Assembly: GCA_031551405.1 (NCBI GenBank)
Contig: JAVBNQ010000004.1
Coordinates: 34,185 to 98,184 of the forward strand
Reading direction: 5' to 3'
Length of the DNA: 64,000 bases
Source: a bacterium
Lineage (GTDB): Bacteria; RUG730
Part shown: positions 52,798-63,305 of the stretch, piece by piece
Layout of the letters: each line of letters opens with the position of its first letter
Numbering within the stretch: the stretch's first letter is position 1
Notes under the pieces: generated by a model
Told to the model about the DNA's origin: nothing
The model's database searches: none
The model's input: the letters and a program-made list of their open reading frames with translations, nothing else
Program-made: the position numbers and the translations under genes

Positions 52798-53490
52798 ATG
52801 CAATTTGAATATACAGGCACAAATAATTTGGTAATAATGCAAGAAGCAAACAACTATAATTCCTTTTTGCTTTCTCTCATTTTAAATTTTTGCCCTTCGT
52901 CGTCCGACACTATTTTAGATATTGGAGCCGGAATTGGGCTTTTTGCAAAAAAAATAAAAGAAAATCGCCATAACGTAGTCTGTTTTGAGCCAGACGCTTC
53001 ACAGGCAGATTTGTTGAAAAAAGATGGCTTTGAAGTAAAGCAGTGTCTCGATGAAATATCCAATGAAAGCTTTGATTTTTTATATTCCCTAAATGTCTTG
53101 GAACACATAGAAAACGATGAAGAAACATTAAAAAACTGGACGAAAAAACTCAAAAAAGACGGTAAAATTTTAATCTATGTTCCGGCCTTCAACTTTTTAT
53201 TTTCAAACATGGATAAAAAAGTTGGACATTTACGACGTTACAACATTAAAATGCTCACAAAAATAGTATTAAATTCCAATTTGCGACCTCTAAAAAAAGC
53301 TCGGTACGCGGACAGTCTTGGATTTTTTGCCTCCTTACTGTACAAATTTATTAACAAAGGAGACGGTAATCTTAATCAAAACAGCATAGTTTTCTATGAT
53401 AAATTTTTATTTCCAATAAGCCGAACAGGAGACTTTTTTTTCAATCGTTTATTTGGAAAAAATATCTGGATCATTGCAGAAAAATACTAA
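52798..53490 (+). CDS. Class I SAM-dependent methyltransferase
   Basis: ILDIGAGIGLF motif I, …FDFLYSLNVLEH… motif II. Confidence 0.6.
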   Translation: MQFEYTGTNNLVIMQEANNYNSFLLSLILNFCPSSSDTILDIGAGIGLFAKKIKENRHNVVCFEPDASQADLLKKDGFEVKQCLDEISNESFDFLYSLNVLEHIENDEETLKNWTKKLKKDGKILIYVPAFNFLFSNMDKKVGHLRRYNIKMLTKIVLNSNLRPLKKARYADSLGFFASLLYKFINKGDGNLNQNSIVFYDKFLFPISRTGDFFFNRLFGKNIWIIAEKY

Positions 53491-53586
53491 TGTTCCAGGA
53501 AATTAATTTAAAATTGCATATTCTCAATTATAAACTTGAACAAAAATTATAAAACAAAATTTATTAATTGGCATTAAAGAGGAACA

Positions 53587-55101
53587 ATGGAAAACCTAGA
53601 TATTTTAAAGCAGCAAAGACTAGAAAAGATGGAAAATCTAAAAAAAATGGGCGTAAATCCATTTCCTGCGATTTTTGAGAGGACAGAAAATCTATCGAAA
53701 ATAAACGAAAAATTTAAAGAGATCAAAGAAGGCGAGGAATCGACCGATGAGATAAAAGTTAGCGGAAGAATAATTTCCCTGAGAAAAATGGGAAAAGCGA
53801 CTTTTTTGCACATTCGCGACTGGTATGACAAAATTCAAATTTATGTGAGAGAAGATATCGTCGGAGTTCAAAATTTTGCGATTTTTAAAGAATTTGACAT
53901 GTTCGATATAATTGGAGTCAGAGGAACTGTTTTTAAGACGAAAACCGGAGAAATCACAGTTTTAGCAAAAGAAGTTTTTATGCTTTCGAAATCTTTGCGA
54001 GCTTTGCCAGTCGTGAAAGAAAGAGAAACTGAAACCGGTGAAAAAATTAAATACGATGAAGTGAGCGATTTGGAATTAAAATACAGGCAAAGATATGTTG
54101 ACTTGAATATTGACGATAATTCTCGCAAAGTTTTTTTGTCGCGAAGTAAAATTATTTCGCATATGAAAAATTATTTGATCCAAAAAAATTTTCTTGAAGT
54201 CGAGACTCCGATAATGCAAACTCTCTGCGGCGGCGCTGCTGCTAAACCTTTTAAAACTTATCACAACGCTCTCGACATGCCGCTTTTTCTAAGGATTGCG
54301 CCGGAGCTCTACTTGAAAAGGCTTATCGTCGGAGGATTAGATCGCGTTTTTGAGCTTGGAAGGAATTTCCGAAATGAAGGAATTTCGACAAGACATAATC
54401 CGGAATTTACTATGCTCGAGCTGTATCAATCTTTTGCAGATTATAATGATATGATGGATTTGGTCGAGGACATTATTTGTTCATGCCTCGATTTTGTTCA
54501 TCCCGGTGAGACTGAAATCGAGTATGGCGATAAAAAAATCGATTTTTCTAAAAAATGGAAACGCGTCGAAATGGAAGAGCTGTTCAAAGAATATGCAGGA
54601 GTTGATTTTAAATTTTTGAATGACTTGGAAGGCATAAAAAACGTTGCGAATAAACTTGGAGTTTCATACGAAGGAGACGCGACTGCTCAAAAAGTTTATG
54701 ATAGAATTTTCGAAGCAAAAGTCGAACATCATCTCGTAAATCCGACGATTGTTTATAATTTTCCAAAAGCTTGGTCCCCTCTCGCAAAAGAAAAATTCGA
54801 TAATCCAAAAATTGTGGAAAGGTTCGAACTATTCATCGCGACTCGAGAGATTGCCAACGCTTACTCTGAGCTCAACAATCCAATCGAACAAAGACTCAGA
54901 ATGGAAGAGCAAGCGCTAGCAAAAGCCAAAGGCGATGAAGAAGCTTGCGATGTGGATTACGATTATCTCCGAGCGTTAGAGTACGGTCTGCCACCGTGCG
55001 GTGGGCTTGGAATCGGCATTGACCGCCTAATAATGCTGCTAACGAACTCTCCGTCTATTCGCGATGTTATATTTTTCCCACATTTAAGACCTGAAAACTG
55101 A
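53587..55101 (+). CDS. lysS: Lysyl-tRNA synthetase (class II)
   Basis: 504 aa; OB-fold N-term, class II motifs (…FRNEG…, …GGLGIGIDRL…). Confidence 0.9.
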   Translation: MENLDILKQQRLEKMENLKKMGVNPFPAIFERTENLSKINEKFKEIKEGEESTDEIKVSGRIISLRKMGKATFLHIRDWYDKIQIYVREDIVGVQNFAIFKEFDMFDIIGVRGTVFKTKTGEITVLAKEVFMLSKSLRALPVVKERETETGEKIKYDEVSDLELKYRQRYVDLNIDDNSRKVFLSRSKIISHMKNYLIQKNFLEVETPIMQTLCGGAAAKPFKTYHNALDMPLFLRIAPELYLKRLIVGGLDRVFELGRNFRNEGISTRHNPEFTMLELYQSFADYNDMMDLVEDIICSCLDFVHPGETEIEYGDKKIDFSKKWKRVEMEELFKEYAGVDFKFLNDLEGIKNVANKLGVSYEGDATAQKVYDRIFEAKVEHHLVNPTIVYNFPKAWSPLAKEKFDNPKIVERFELFIATREIANAYSELNNPIEQRLRMEEQALAKAKGDEEACDVDYDYLRALEYGLPPCGGLGIGIDRLIMLLTNSPSIRDVIFFPHLRPEN

Positions 55102-56309
55102 TGGATTTATCATTTTTTGTAAGTTTACGTTATTTGTACTCTCCTCGGAAAAAATTTTTTCATTCTTTCATAAACATTCTTGCAGTACTCGGGATTTCAC
55201 TAGGGATTACGGCGTTAATAGTCGCTCTGTCGATAATAAACGGTTTTCAGAAAAATTTTACGCAAAAACTTTTTTCAGTCAATTCTCACATCACTGTTCA
55301 GCTCGGGAAAAACTTTCAAAAAGATTACAAAAATATTGAGTCAAAAATTCAAAAACTCAAAAACGTGAAAGCGATAAGTCCGTTTGTCGTCGGAAATGGA
55401 TTACTTAAAAAAAATAACTACAGCTCGCCGGTTTTGCTAAAAGGAATCGAAAAAAGCGAAACACAAATTACAGATATTACAAAATATTTGAAATATGGCA
55501 AAATGTTTGATTTTGAAAAATCCGGCATTATCGTCGGAAGCGCCTTGATGAAAGAGCTTGGAGCGTTTTTAGGCGACGAGCTAATTTTTATCTCTCCGAA
55601 TATTGATCTTTTCAAATTTCCAAGCATTCCGAACTTTTTTAAATTCAAAGTAAGCGGAATTTTTGAGACGGGAATTTATGATATTGACTCAAAATTTGCG
55701 TTTATCAATCTGAAATTTGCGCAATACATTTTTGACATGCCGGAACGTATCCACGGTTTTGGTGTAAAATTGAACGATCTATACAATTTCGAACCGCTAA
55801 AACAAAAAATTGAGACGGGCCTCGGAATAAAAGCGTTCGTTGAGACGTGGTTTGACCTAAACAAAGGCCTTTTTTCAGCCTTAAAAATGGAAAAAATTGT
55901 GATGACAATTGTTCTTTTTTTGATAATTATAGTCGGAAGTTTTGGAATTGTCTCGTCGCTACTTATCATGAGTATCGAAAAATTAAAAGATATCGGGATC
56001 ATGAAAACGATTGGCTTCTCGAAAAAAAGTATCATAAAAATTTTTTTGTACGAGGGACTTTTTATCGGAATAATTGGAATAATTTGCGGAATAATTTTTT
56101 CGAGCATTATTTTGTTTTTCCTAAAAAATTATGATTTTATAAAATTGCCGCAAGAAATCTATTTTGTATCGAGAGTTCCAGTTGAATTTAAGTTTTTGGA
56201 AAGCATTTTTGTTGTAATCGGAACTCTGCTTTTATGTATCTTATCGTCGCTATACCCGGCTTTCAGGGCAGGAAACGCAGATATAATTGAGGCTATCCGC
56301 GATGAATGA
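55101..56309 (+). CDS. lolC: Lipoprotein-release ABC permease LolC/E (FtsX-like)
   Basis: 402 aa, MacB_PCD periplasmic domain + FtsX 4-TM; followed by lolD. Confidence 0.75.
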   Translation: MDLSFFVSLRYLYSPRKKFFHSFINILAVLGISLGITALIVALSIINGFQKNFTQKLFSVNSHITVQLGKNFQKDYKNIESKIQKLKNVKAISPFVVGNGLLKKNNYSSPVLLKGIEKSETQITDITKYLKYGKMFDFEKSGIIVGSALMKELGAFLGDELIFISPNIDLFKFPSIPNFFKFKVSGIFETGIYDIDSKFAFINLKFAQYIFDMPERIHGFGVKLNDLYNFEPLKQKIETGLGIKAFVETWFDLNKGLFSALKMEKIVMTIVLFLIIIVGSFGIVSSLLIMSIEKLKDIGIMKTIGFSKKSIIKIFLYEGLFIGIIGIICGIIFSSIILFFLKNYDFIKLPQEIYFVSRVPVEFKFLESIFVVIGTLLLCILSSLYPAFRAGNADIIEAIRDE

Positions 56310-56991
56310 CGAAAACGTTCTACTCGAAGCCGTCAATATTTGTAAAGATTATTTGCCATCGTCACATCAAAAATTTCGAGCGTTAAATAACGTAAATCTC
56401 AAAATTTACAAAAACGAAATCGTCTATATCACAGGAGAATCTGGCGCCGGAAAAAGCACCCTTCTCAATATTTTGAGCGGACTTTGCGAGCCGACCAGCG
56501 GACAAATTCTTCTAAACAACGAAATTTTACCAGTCAAAAACGACAAAAAAATCACGTACATTAGACAAAAAAAATTTGGTTTTATTTTTCAATTTTATAA
56601 CTTACTGCCGGAATTCACTGTTTTAGAAAACATCACAATGCCTGCGATTTTACTCGGAGAACAAAATTTTTCTGAAATTAAAAGTAAAGCGAATGCTCTG
56701 ATCGATAAACTCGGAATTTCTAAAAAAGTACAGAATTTTCCGATAGAGTTATCAGGTGGAGAAAAACAGCGCGTCGCAATAGGACGAGCTTTGATCAATG
56801 AACCGGAAATTTTGTTTGCTGACGAACCGACCGGAAATTTAGACGCTGAAAACAAAAATAATATTTATAAAATTTTAGACGAAATCTGGGCAAATAAAAA
56901 AAGTACAATTGTTCTCGTTTCTCACGACAAAAATATAAATCTGACAAATTTTCGGACCGTGAAAATTTCCACAGGAAAATTGGAAGAATAG
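56302..56991 (+). CDS. lolD: Lipoprotein-release ABC ATPase LolD
   Basis: Walker A GESGAGKST, signature LSGGEKQRVAIGRA, Walker B ILFADEPTGNLD; ATG at 56302 overlapping lolC stop (track start 56287). Confidence 0.8.
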   Translation: MNDENVLLEAVNICKDYLPSSHQKFRALNNVNLKIYKNEIVYITGESGAGKSTLLNILSGLCEPTSGQILLNNEILPVKNDKKITYIRQKKFGFIFQFYNLLPEFTVLENITMPAILLGEQNFSEIKSKANALIDKLGISKKVQNFPIELSGGEKQRVAIGRALINEPEILFADEPTGNLDAENKNNIYKILDEIWANKKSTIVLVSHDKNINLTNFRTVKISTGKLEE

Positions 56992-57032
56992 CGAACCTTT
57001 TAAAAAACTTTCGGAAGGAAGAAGGAGGAAAT

Positions 57033-57494
57033 ATGCAAAAACAAGAAATTATAAAAAAAATCATTTTATTTTTGAACAGATCTATTTTTTGCGATTTATC
57101 GACTATTAATTTGAGCAATGAACCGGAAACGCGAGGCATGATGAACTTGCATAATTTCGAAACTTTTCCACATTTAAGATCCAAAATAAAAAAAGAAAAT
57201 TTTGAAACTATTTATTTCACGACAAATACACATTCGCTAAAAACCAAACAAATCGAAAAAAATAAAAATGCTTCGGTTTACTACACAAATCCGGAAACTT
57301 TCGAGGGAATTTTGTTGATCGGCGAAATCGAGGAAAGTAAAGATAAAAATTTGAAAGACAATTTTTGGGACGATAGCTGGCAATTGTATTATCCAGACGG
57401 AAAAGACGGCGGGGATTATACTTTATTGAAATTTACGCCAAAAAAATACAAATTTTATGACGGGAAATTTGGAAAATACGAAGGATCGCTGTAG
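57033..57494 (+). CDS. Pyridoxamine 5'-phosphate oxidase-like / general-stress-protein-26-like small protein
   Basis: 153 aa, split-barrel-like pattern; weak. Confidence 0.35.
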   Translation: MQKQEIIKKIILFLNRSIFCDLSTINLSNEPETRGMMNLHNFETFPHLRSKIKKENFETIYFTTNTHSLKTKQIEKNKNASVYYTNPETFEGILLIGEIEESKDKNLKDNFWDDSWQLYYPDGKDGGDYTLLKFTPKKYKFYDGKFGKYEGSL

Positions 57495-57534
57495 AAACTG
57501 TAAAAAATTGATATACAAATTTTAGGAGATTTTT

Positions 57535-58827
57535 ATGTGGGACAACAAAAATAACAAAAAATCAAGTCTTGGAATGACAATGGTCGAAAAAATCATGTCG
57601 AAACACGCCGGCAAAAATATCAAAGCCGGAGAGCTTGCGATTGCAGAAATAGATTTCGCATTTGGTCAAGACGGAACTAGCGGAGTAATCATCGATTCTT
57701 TCAGAAAAATGGAGGCAAAGAAAGTTTTTGATCCGACGAAATGCGCTATGATTTTGGATCATAGCTGCCCGAGTCCAATTGCCGGAGTTTCGGCTATTCA
57801 TAAAAAAATTCGAGAATTTGCTAAAGAGCAAGGAATAATTCTATACGACATTGGCGATGGAGTTTGTCATCAGCTTGTTCCGGAAAAAGGACACGTTTTG
57901 CCAGGAGATTTGGTAATTGGAGCAGACTCGCACACTTGTACTCACGGAGCGCTCAATGCTTGCGCGACTGGGATGGGATCGACTGATGTTGCAGCCGGAA
58001 TGATTGCCGGAAAAACGTGGTTCAGAGTTCCTGAGACGATAAAATTTGTCTGCAACGGGAAACTGCAAAAAGGCGTTTATGCAAAAGATTTGATTTTGTT
58101 TTTGATTGGGCAAGTGAGCGCTGACGGCGCGACTTACAAAGCCTGCGAATACATCGGAGAAGTAATAAAAAATTTGTCAATGGAAGCGAGAATGACTATT
58201 TGCAATATGGCGATTGAAATGGGCGCAAAATTTGGAATTATGGAATATGACGATAAGACAGAAAATTGGCTGAAAGGACGAACAAGTCGAAATTTTACGC
58301 CAGTAGAATCAGATGACAATGCGAAATATGAAAAAATTTACGAATACGATTTGACGAATTTGACGCCGCAAATCGCAATGCCTCATACAGTCGACAATGT
58401 TTGTAGTATCGATGATTTGGAGCCGACGATAATTCAACAAGCAGTTCTTGGCACCTGCACGAATGGACGAATCGAGGATTTGGAAATCGCGGCGAATATT
58501 TTGAAAGGCAAAAAAATTCACAGAGATATTCGTTTTGTAGTGGCTCCTGCGTCTAGAACGATTTTGCTTCAAGCGATCGAAAAAGGTTATATTCAAACTT
58601 TTATTGAAGCTGGAGCTGCAGTCGTAACTCCTGGCTGTGGGCCTTGCGTCGGCACTCACAACGGCGTTCCTAGCGATGGAGAAAAAGTAATTTCCACTGC
58701 TAATCGAAATTTTAAAGGCAGAATGGGAAATGTAAATGCGTTTATTTATCTCGGCTCGCCTGCGACAGTCGCGGCTTCTGCTATAGAAGGAAGGATCGCT
58801 GATCCTAGAAATTTTCTGAAATGTTAA
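57535..58827 (+). CDS. leuC: 3-isopropylmalate dehydratase large subunit (archaeal/type-2 aconitase-family)
   Basis: 430 aa; …GDGVCHQ…, …GADSHTCTHGALNA…, …PGCGPCVG… aconitase cluster motifs. Confidence 0.85.
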   Translation: MWDNKNNKKSSLGMTMVEKIMSKHAGKNIKAGELAIAEIDFAFGQDGTSGVIIDSFRKMEAKKVFDPTKCAMILDHSCPSPIAGVSAIHKKIREFAKEQGIILYDIGDGVCHQLVPEKGHVLPGDLVIGADSHTCTHGALNACATGMGSTDVAAGMIAGKTWFRVPETIKFVCNGKLQKGVYAKDLILFLIGQVSADGATYKACEYIGEVIKNLSMEARMTICNMAIEMGAKFGIMEYDDKTENWLKGRTSRNFTPVESDDNAKYEKIYEYDLTNLTPQIAMPHTVDNVCSIDDLEPTIIQQAVLGTCTNGRIEDLEIAANILKGKKIHRDIRFVVAPASRTILLQAIEKGYIQTFIEAGAAVVTPGCGPCVGTHNGVPSDGEKVISTANRNFKGRMGNVNAFIYLGSPATVAASAIEGRIADPRNFLKC

Positions 58828-60497
58828 ATATTTTTAGGAAGGATTTTTTACAAACTCGAAATTTTTTAAATTATTTTTCTATTTTTTTGTTGATTTCATC
58901 GGTATTAATTTTTTTATTTTTTACGATACAAAGATATTCACAAAAATCCGCAAGATTTCAGCATTATCACGAAGATATTTTTTCTGAACTTAACGCTTAT
59001 ACAGCAGGAATAAATTTTAATAACCTTGGATTTAAAAAATTATTTTTCTTACCTGTTATAGAGAAAGTTGAAATTGAGTTGCCGGAAAATTATAGAACAA
59101 ATAAATTTTTATACACTCATTATCCCGGAGGACCGGATATAGTTAGTGGATTTTTATTAAAAACAGGAATCCAAAATTTTTATCTGCAAAAGATTTTCTT
59201 ACTTATAATTAGCTTATTTACTATTTTTGTTTTGTTTAAAATCTTCTCTTTTTTACTTAAAGATGACGATCATAAAAAATCTTGGACAAGAATAGGGCTT
59301 GCTTTTTTTATTTCAAGTCCATGCTTTATTTTTTGGGCCGGAAATTTACATCAAGCTAGCTATAATGATTTTTTTATGTGTTTGGGACTTTTGGGCGCTA
59401 TTTCCGGAAAGCTCTATTTACTATTTCTTGCAGGTTTTTTTAGTGGATTTTTTAGTTTTGAGACAGCGCCTTATTTGTTTATTTTGGGCTTTTATCCGTC
59501 ATTAATTAATTTAAAAAATAAAACTTGGAATTATAAAAAAATTTTTATTTTCCTTTTAACTTTAGGCTTAATAATTTCGATTCCTTACATTTTGCACTTC
59601 ATTCAAAACTCGATTGCGCTAGGCTCTGCAAAAAACGCACTCCGCGATTTAACCGAAGCAGCGACCTTACGCATCGAAGGCGTTGGGAAAAATGCTATCT
59701 CGTACAGCTTATTTAAGCATTCCTTCAAATTTTTTGTTTCAAGCCTTTGGTTTTTTGGAAGTTTTATGATTTTTGCGTGTTTATACGGCGGAACAAAGTC
59801 AAAAAATAATAATAAAACTCTATTTTGGGTTTTACTTTTTGCGAGTCTTGTCTGGCAATTTTTTATGAGGCAGCACGCAATGGTTCATGCCTTTACTCCA
59901 AGACATTTATTTTTATTTACTGTTATATTTTCATTGTTTGGTATCAGGTATTTATTTCAAAAAAATTTTTCAAATTTTAAAAAATCTATCGCGATTTTAA
60001 TTTGCCTTTTAATTGTTTTCAGGCTTCCTTTTGGAGCGGAGTCATCTGAAAACAAATGCTCGATCAAATTAATGGAAAAATTCGCTAATACAATGTCCGA
60101 CTACGCGGTAGCTAAGACTTTATTTAATATTTCTAACAATTATTCTCACAAAAAAGAATTTCAAAAACTACTTGATATTTTAGTTAAAAGGAATAATTTA
60201 GCACAAAACCAAGAAGTTTATATTGTAAAAAACATTCCAAACCAAAATGATATTTTAGAGCTTGTAAGATATGAATCTGATTATCTTATAAAGCCAAGAG
60301 CTATTCCGGATAAATACATAATTCAATTTAATGATACCGAAAATTTTTATTTCAAAAACGGGCTTATTGGTAATACACTTGAAAAATTTGATCCAAAAAT
60401 CAAAGAAAAAAATACAATGATTATTTCAGATAGCTTTGAAAATAAATATGAAAAATTCAAATATTTATTTTTAAATTTTTATATACTATTAATTTAA
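58821..60497 (+). CDS. Polytopic membrane protein, putative GT-C-fold glycosyltransferase / O-antigen-assembly-like
   Basis: 558 aa, ≥10 predicted TM helices, periplasmic-loop-rich; overlaps leuC stop; adjacent GT9 and ligase-like genes. Confidence 0.3.
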   Translation: MLNIFRKDFLQTRNFLNYFSIFLLISSVLIFLFFTIQRYSQKSARFQHYHEDIFSELNAYTAGINFNNLGFKKLFFLPVIEKVEIELPENYRTNKFLYTHYPGGPDIVSGFLLKTGIQNFYLQKIFLLIISLFTIFVLFKIFSFLLKDDDHKKSWTRIGLAFFISSPCFIFWAGNLHQASYNDFFMCLGLLGAISGKLYLLFLAGFFSGFFSFETAPYLFILGFYPSLINLKNKTWNYKKIFIFLLTLGLIISIPYILHFIQNSIALGSAKNALRDLTEAATLRIEGVGKNAISYSLFKHSFKFFVSSLWFFGSFMIFACLYGGTKSKNNNKTLFWVLLFASLVWQFFMRQHAMVHAFTPRHLFLFTVIFSLFGIRYLFQKNFSNFKKSIAILICLLIVFRLPFGAESSENKCSIKLMEKFANTMSDYAVAKTLFNISNNYSHKKEFQKLLDILVKRNNLAQNQEVYIVKNIPNQNDILELVRYESDYLIKPRAIPDKYIIQFNDTENFYFKNGLIGNTLEKFDPKIKEKNTMIISDSFENKYEKFKYLFLNFYILLI

Positions 60498-60513
60498 ATC
60501 CGGATTGGTTTAT

Positions 60514-61689
60514 ATGCGACTTGAATTGAAACAAGTTATAGATTTCTATATTGGTGGAGTTGCACTTTTCATAATAAAGCCTTTTGTTTTTTTAATTGGC
60601 AGGATTTCTAAACGAAACCATAAATTGGAAATCCGTGAAAATATCTGTTTTCTAAAAATGCTTGGTGGAGGATCTTTAGTAGTCGCTTATCCGTCAATTT
60701 TAGCATTGAAAAAGAAATATCCCAACAAAAAATTTATCTTAATAACTACAAAAACGACATTATCTTTTTCTGAAGTTTTGGAAATCTTTGATAAGATATA
60801 TACTATCGACGACACCAACATATTTACACTGTTAATTTCGTCCCTAAAAGTATTTTGGCACGTTTTTGGCAAAATAGACACAATAATTGATCTTGAAATT
60901 TATAGCAGACTTTCGACTTTATTTTGTTTATTCACGTTAGCGAGAAATAGAATTGCTTTTTATTTTTCGACTGTTTTTTTCAAAAGATATATTTCTACGC
61001 ACCTTTTATATTTTAACAAACAAGCTGGAATCTTCGTTTTTTACGAACAAATAGCAAAAATATTTGGAACCGAACTTTTGCCTGATACTGAAGTAAAAAA
61101 TATTTTTCTAGAACAAATTTCAAAAGACAAAATTTTTACAAAAAATCCTAAAAAAACTATAGGAATTGGACATGCCTGCTCGGATTTAGCACCGGAAAGA
61201 ATGTTAAAAAAAGAACATTGGAAAAAAGTTTTTTTGAACAAATTCGACAAAAATGCTGATTTTATTTGTTGTTTTTTTGGATCAAAAAATGATAAAAAAT
61301 CCGCGCAAGAAATCATAGATTTTTTAAGCCTTGAATTAAAAAATATAGAATTTAAAAATATGTGCGGAAAATTAAAATTAAGAGAATCTATTCAATATAT
61401 TTCAATTTGTGACGAATTTTTTTGTGTAGATTCCGGACTTTTACATTTTGCTAGACTTATGGGAATAAAAACGACTTCTTTTTGGGGTCCGACAGATCCT
61501 TCTCATCTCTTGAAAAAATTTTCATATTTAGATGAAGAAGTTTATTATAAAAAAACTTTTTGTTCCCCTTGCACTCACAACATAATCAAAACTCCATGCC
61601 AAGGAAAAAATATTTGCATAGACGTTTTATTCTCAGAAAACGAAAGAATTTCAGATGCTGTCTGGATTTACGGCGGAAATTATAAATAA
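60514..61689 (+). CDS. GT9-family glycosyltransferase (ADP-heptose:LPS heptosyltransferase-like)
   Basis: C-terminal …CVDSGLLHFARLMGIKTTSFWGPTDP… GT9 signature; ATG at 60514 (track start 60505 is TTG). Confidence 0.6.
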   Translation: MRLELKQVIDFYIGGVALFIIKPFVFLIGRISKRNHKLEIRENICFLKMLGGGSLVVAYPSILALKKKYPNKKFILITTKTTLSFSEVLEIFDKIYTIDDTNIFTLLISSLKVFWHVFGKIDTIIDLEIYSRLSTLFCLFTLARNRIAFYFSTVFFKRYISTHLLYFNKQAGIFVFYEQIAKIFGTELLPDTEVKNIFLEQISKDKIFTKNPKKTIGIGHACSDLAPERMLKKEHWKKVFLNKFDKNADFICCFFGSKNDKKSAQEIIDFLSLELKNIEFKNMCGKLKLRESIQYISICDEFFCVDSGLLHFARLMGIKTTSFWGPTDPSHLLKKFSYLDEEVYYKKTFCSPCTHNIIKTPCQGKNICIDVLFSENERISDAVWIYGGNYK

Positions 61690-61716
61690 AACTTTTACAA
61701 AATTAGGAGTCAAAAA

Positions 61717-62238
61717 ATGATTTTAGAAGGAAAAGTTCATAGATTTACAAAACCTGACGGAAATGACAATGACATTAACACGGATTACGTGATTTCCGGT
61801 AGATACAAATTCCAATGCGAGGATTACAATGAGCTCGCAAAACACGTGATGGAAGATTTGGACTCAAACTTTTATGGCAAAATTACGAAAGGAGATTTCA
61901 TTGTTGCCGGAAAAAATTTTGGTTGCGGCTCATCTCGTGAGCAAGCGCCGATCGCAATAATTTACGCAGGTATTTCTGTAGTAATTGCAAAATCTTTCGC
62001 CAGAATTTTTTTCCGAAATGCTTTTAACAAAGGCTTACCTTTAATCGAGTGTGACACCGATAGAATTGACGTAAACGATAAATTGCAGGTTGATTTAGGA
62101 AATGGCGTTATAAAAAACTTGACAAAAAACGAGGAAATAAAATTCAAACCGATCCCGGATTTGATGTTAAAACTTTTGAACGACGGTGGACTCGTCGAAC
62201 ATTTTAAGAAAAACAAGGGGTTTAAAATCGATGAGTAA
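61717..62238 (+). CDS. leuD: 3-isopropylmalate dehydratase small subunit (type 2)
   Basis: 173 aa; …[14 protein letters not shown]… motif. Confidence 0.85.
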   Translation: MILEGKVHRFTKPDGNDNDINTDYVISGRYKFQCEDYNELAKHVMEDLDSNFYGKITKGDFIVAGKNFGCGSSREQAPIAIIYAGISVVIAKSFARIFFRNAFNKGLPLIECDTDRIDVNDKLQVDLGNGVIKNLTKNEEIKFKPIPDLMLKLLNDGGLVEHFKKNKGFKIDE

Positions 62239-63286
62239 AAAATACGTCGTAACACTGATTCCCGGAGATGGAATTGGTCCAGAAATCACAGAAGCTACAA
62301 AGCTTGTGGCAACTGCTACAGGATTAAACATCGAGTGGGAAGAAGTTATTGCCGGGGAATGCGCGATTGAGAAATACAAAACGCCTCTCCCGACGGAAGT
62401 TTTGGACTCTATTCGTAAAAATAAAATTGCGCTAAAAGGACCAATCACAACACCAATCGGTAGCGGATTCCGCAGCGTAAATGTTGCGTTGCGAAAAGAA
62501 TTGAATCTTTACGCTTGTTTGAGACCCGCCAAATCTTTCGAGGGAATCAAGACAAAATTTCAAAATATTGATCTAGTCGTTGTGAGAGAAAACACTGAGG
62601 ATTTGTATGCCGGAGTAGAGTATTTTGCGAAGTCTGAAGAAGCTAACAAAATTATCGAATTTTCTAACGGGAAAATACGAAAAAATTCCGCAATAAGCAT
62701 TAAACCGATTTCTGAAGAAGCGACGGAAAAAATAGTAAAATTCGCATTTGAGTTTGCGAGAAAAAATAATCGCAAAAAAGTGACAGCTATCACAAAAGCA
62801 AATATTATGAAAGCTACCGACGGATTATTTTATGAGGTGGCGAGAAAGGTCGCAAAAAATTACACTGAAATAATTTATGACGAAAAATTGATTGACAATA
62901 TGTGCATGCAGCTCGTGCAAAAACCGGAACTTTTTGATGTTTTAGTTTTGCCGAACTTGTATGGAGACATAATTTCGGATTTATGCGCCGGACTTATCGG
63001 TGGACTTGGAGTTGCGCCAGGAGCAAATATAGGCGAAGATTCTGCATTATTCGAAGCTGTTCACGGTAGCGCGCCAAAATACAAAGGACTTTACAAAGTA
63101 AATCCAACGGCAATGATCGCGTCTTTTGCGATGCTTCTCGACTATATCGGAGAAACTGAAAAAGCGAAAAGTTTGCAAAACGCGATTTCTAAAGTCATAA
63201 AAGAAGGGAAATTTATGACTTATGATCTTGGTGGTAGTGCGACGACAATGCAAATGGCTGAAGCTATTGCAAAACTTTTAATTTAA
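62231..63286 (+). CDS. leuB: 3-isopropylmalate dehydrogenase (isocitrate/isopropylmalate dehydrogenase family)
   Basis: …[12 protein letters not shown]…, …[19 protein letters not shown]… ; ATG at 62231 overlapping leuD stop; family-level call, context suggests LeuB. Confidence 0.65.
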   Translation: MSKKYVVTLIPGDGIGPEITEATKLVATATGLNIEWEEVIAGECAIEKYKTPLPTEVLDSIRKNKIALKGPITTPIGSGFRSVNVALRKELNLYACLRPAKSFEGIKTKFQNIDLVVVRENTEDLYAGVEYFAKSEEANKIIEFSNGKIRKNSAISIKPISEEATEKIVKFAFEFARKNNRKKVTAITKANIMKATDGLFYEVARKVAKNYTEIIYDEKLIDNMCMQLVQKPELFDVLVLPNLYGDIISDLCAGLIGGLGVAPGANIGEDSALFEAVHGSAPKYKGLYKVNPTAMIASFAMLLDYIGETEKAKSLQNAISKVIKEGKFMTYDLGGSATTMQMAEAIAKLLI

Positions 63287-63305
63287 CAAAAAGGTGTTTA
63301 AGCAA

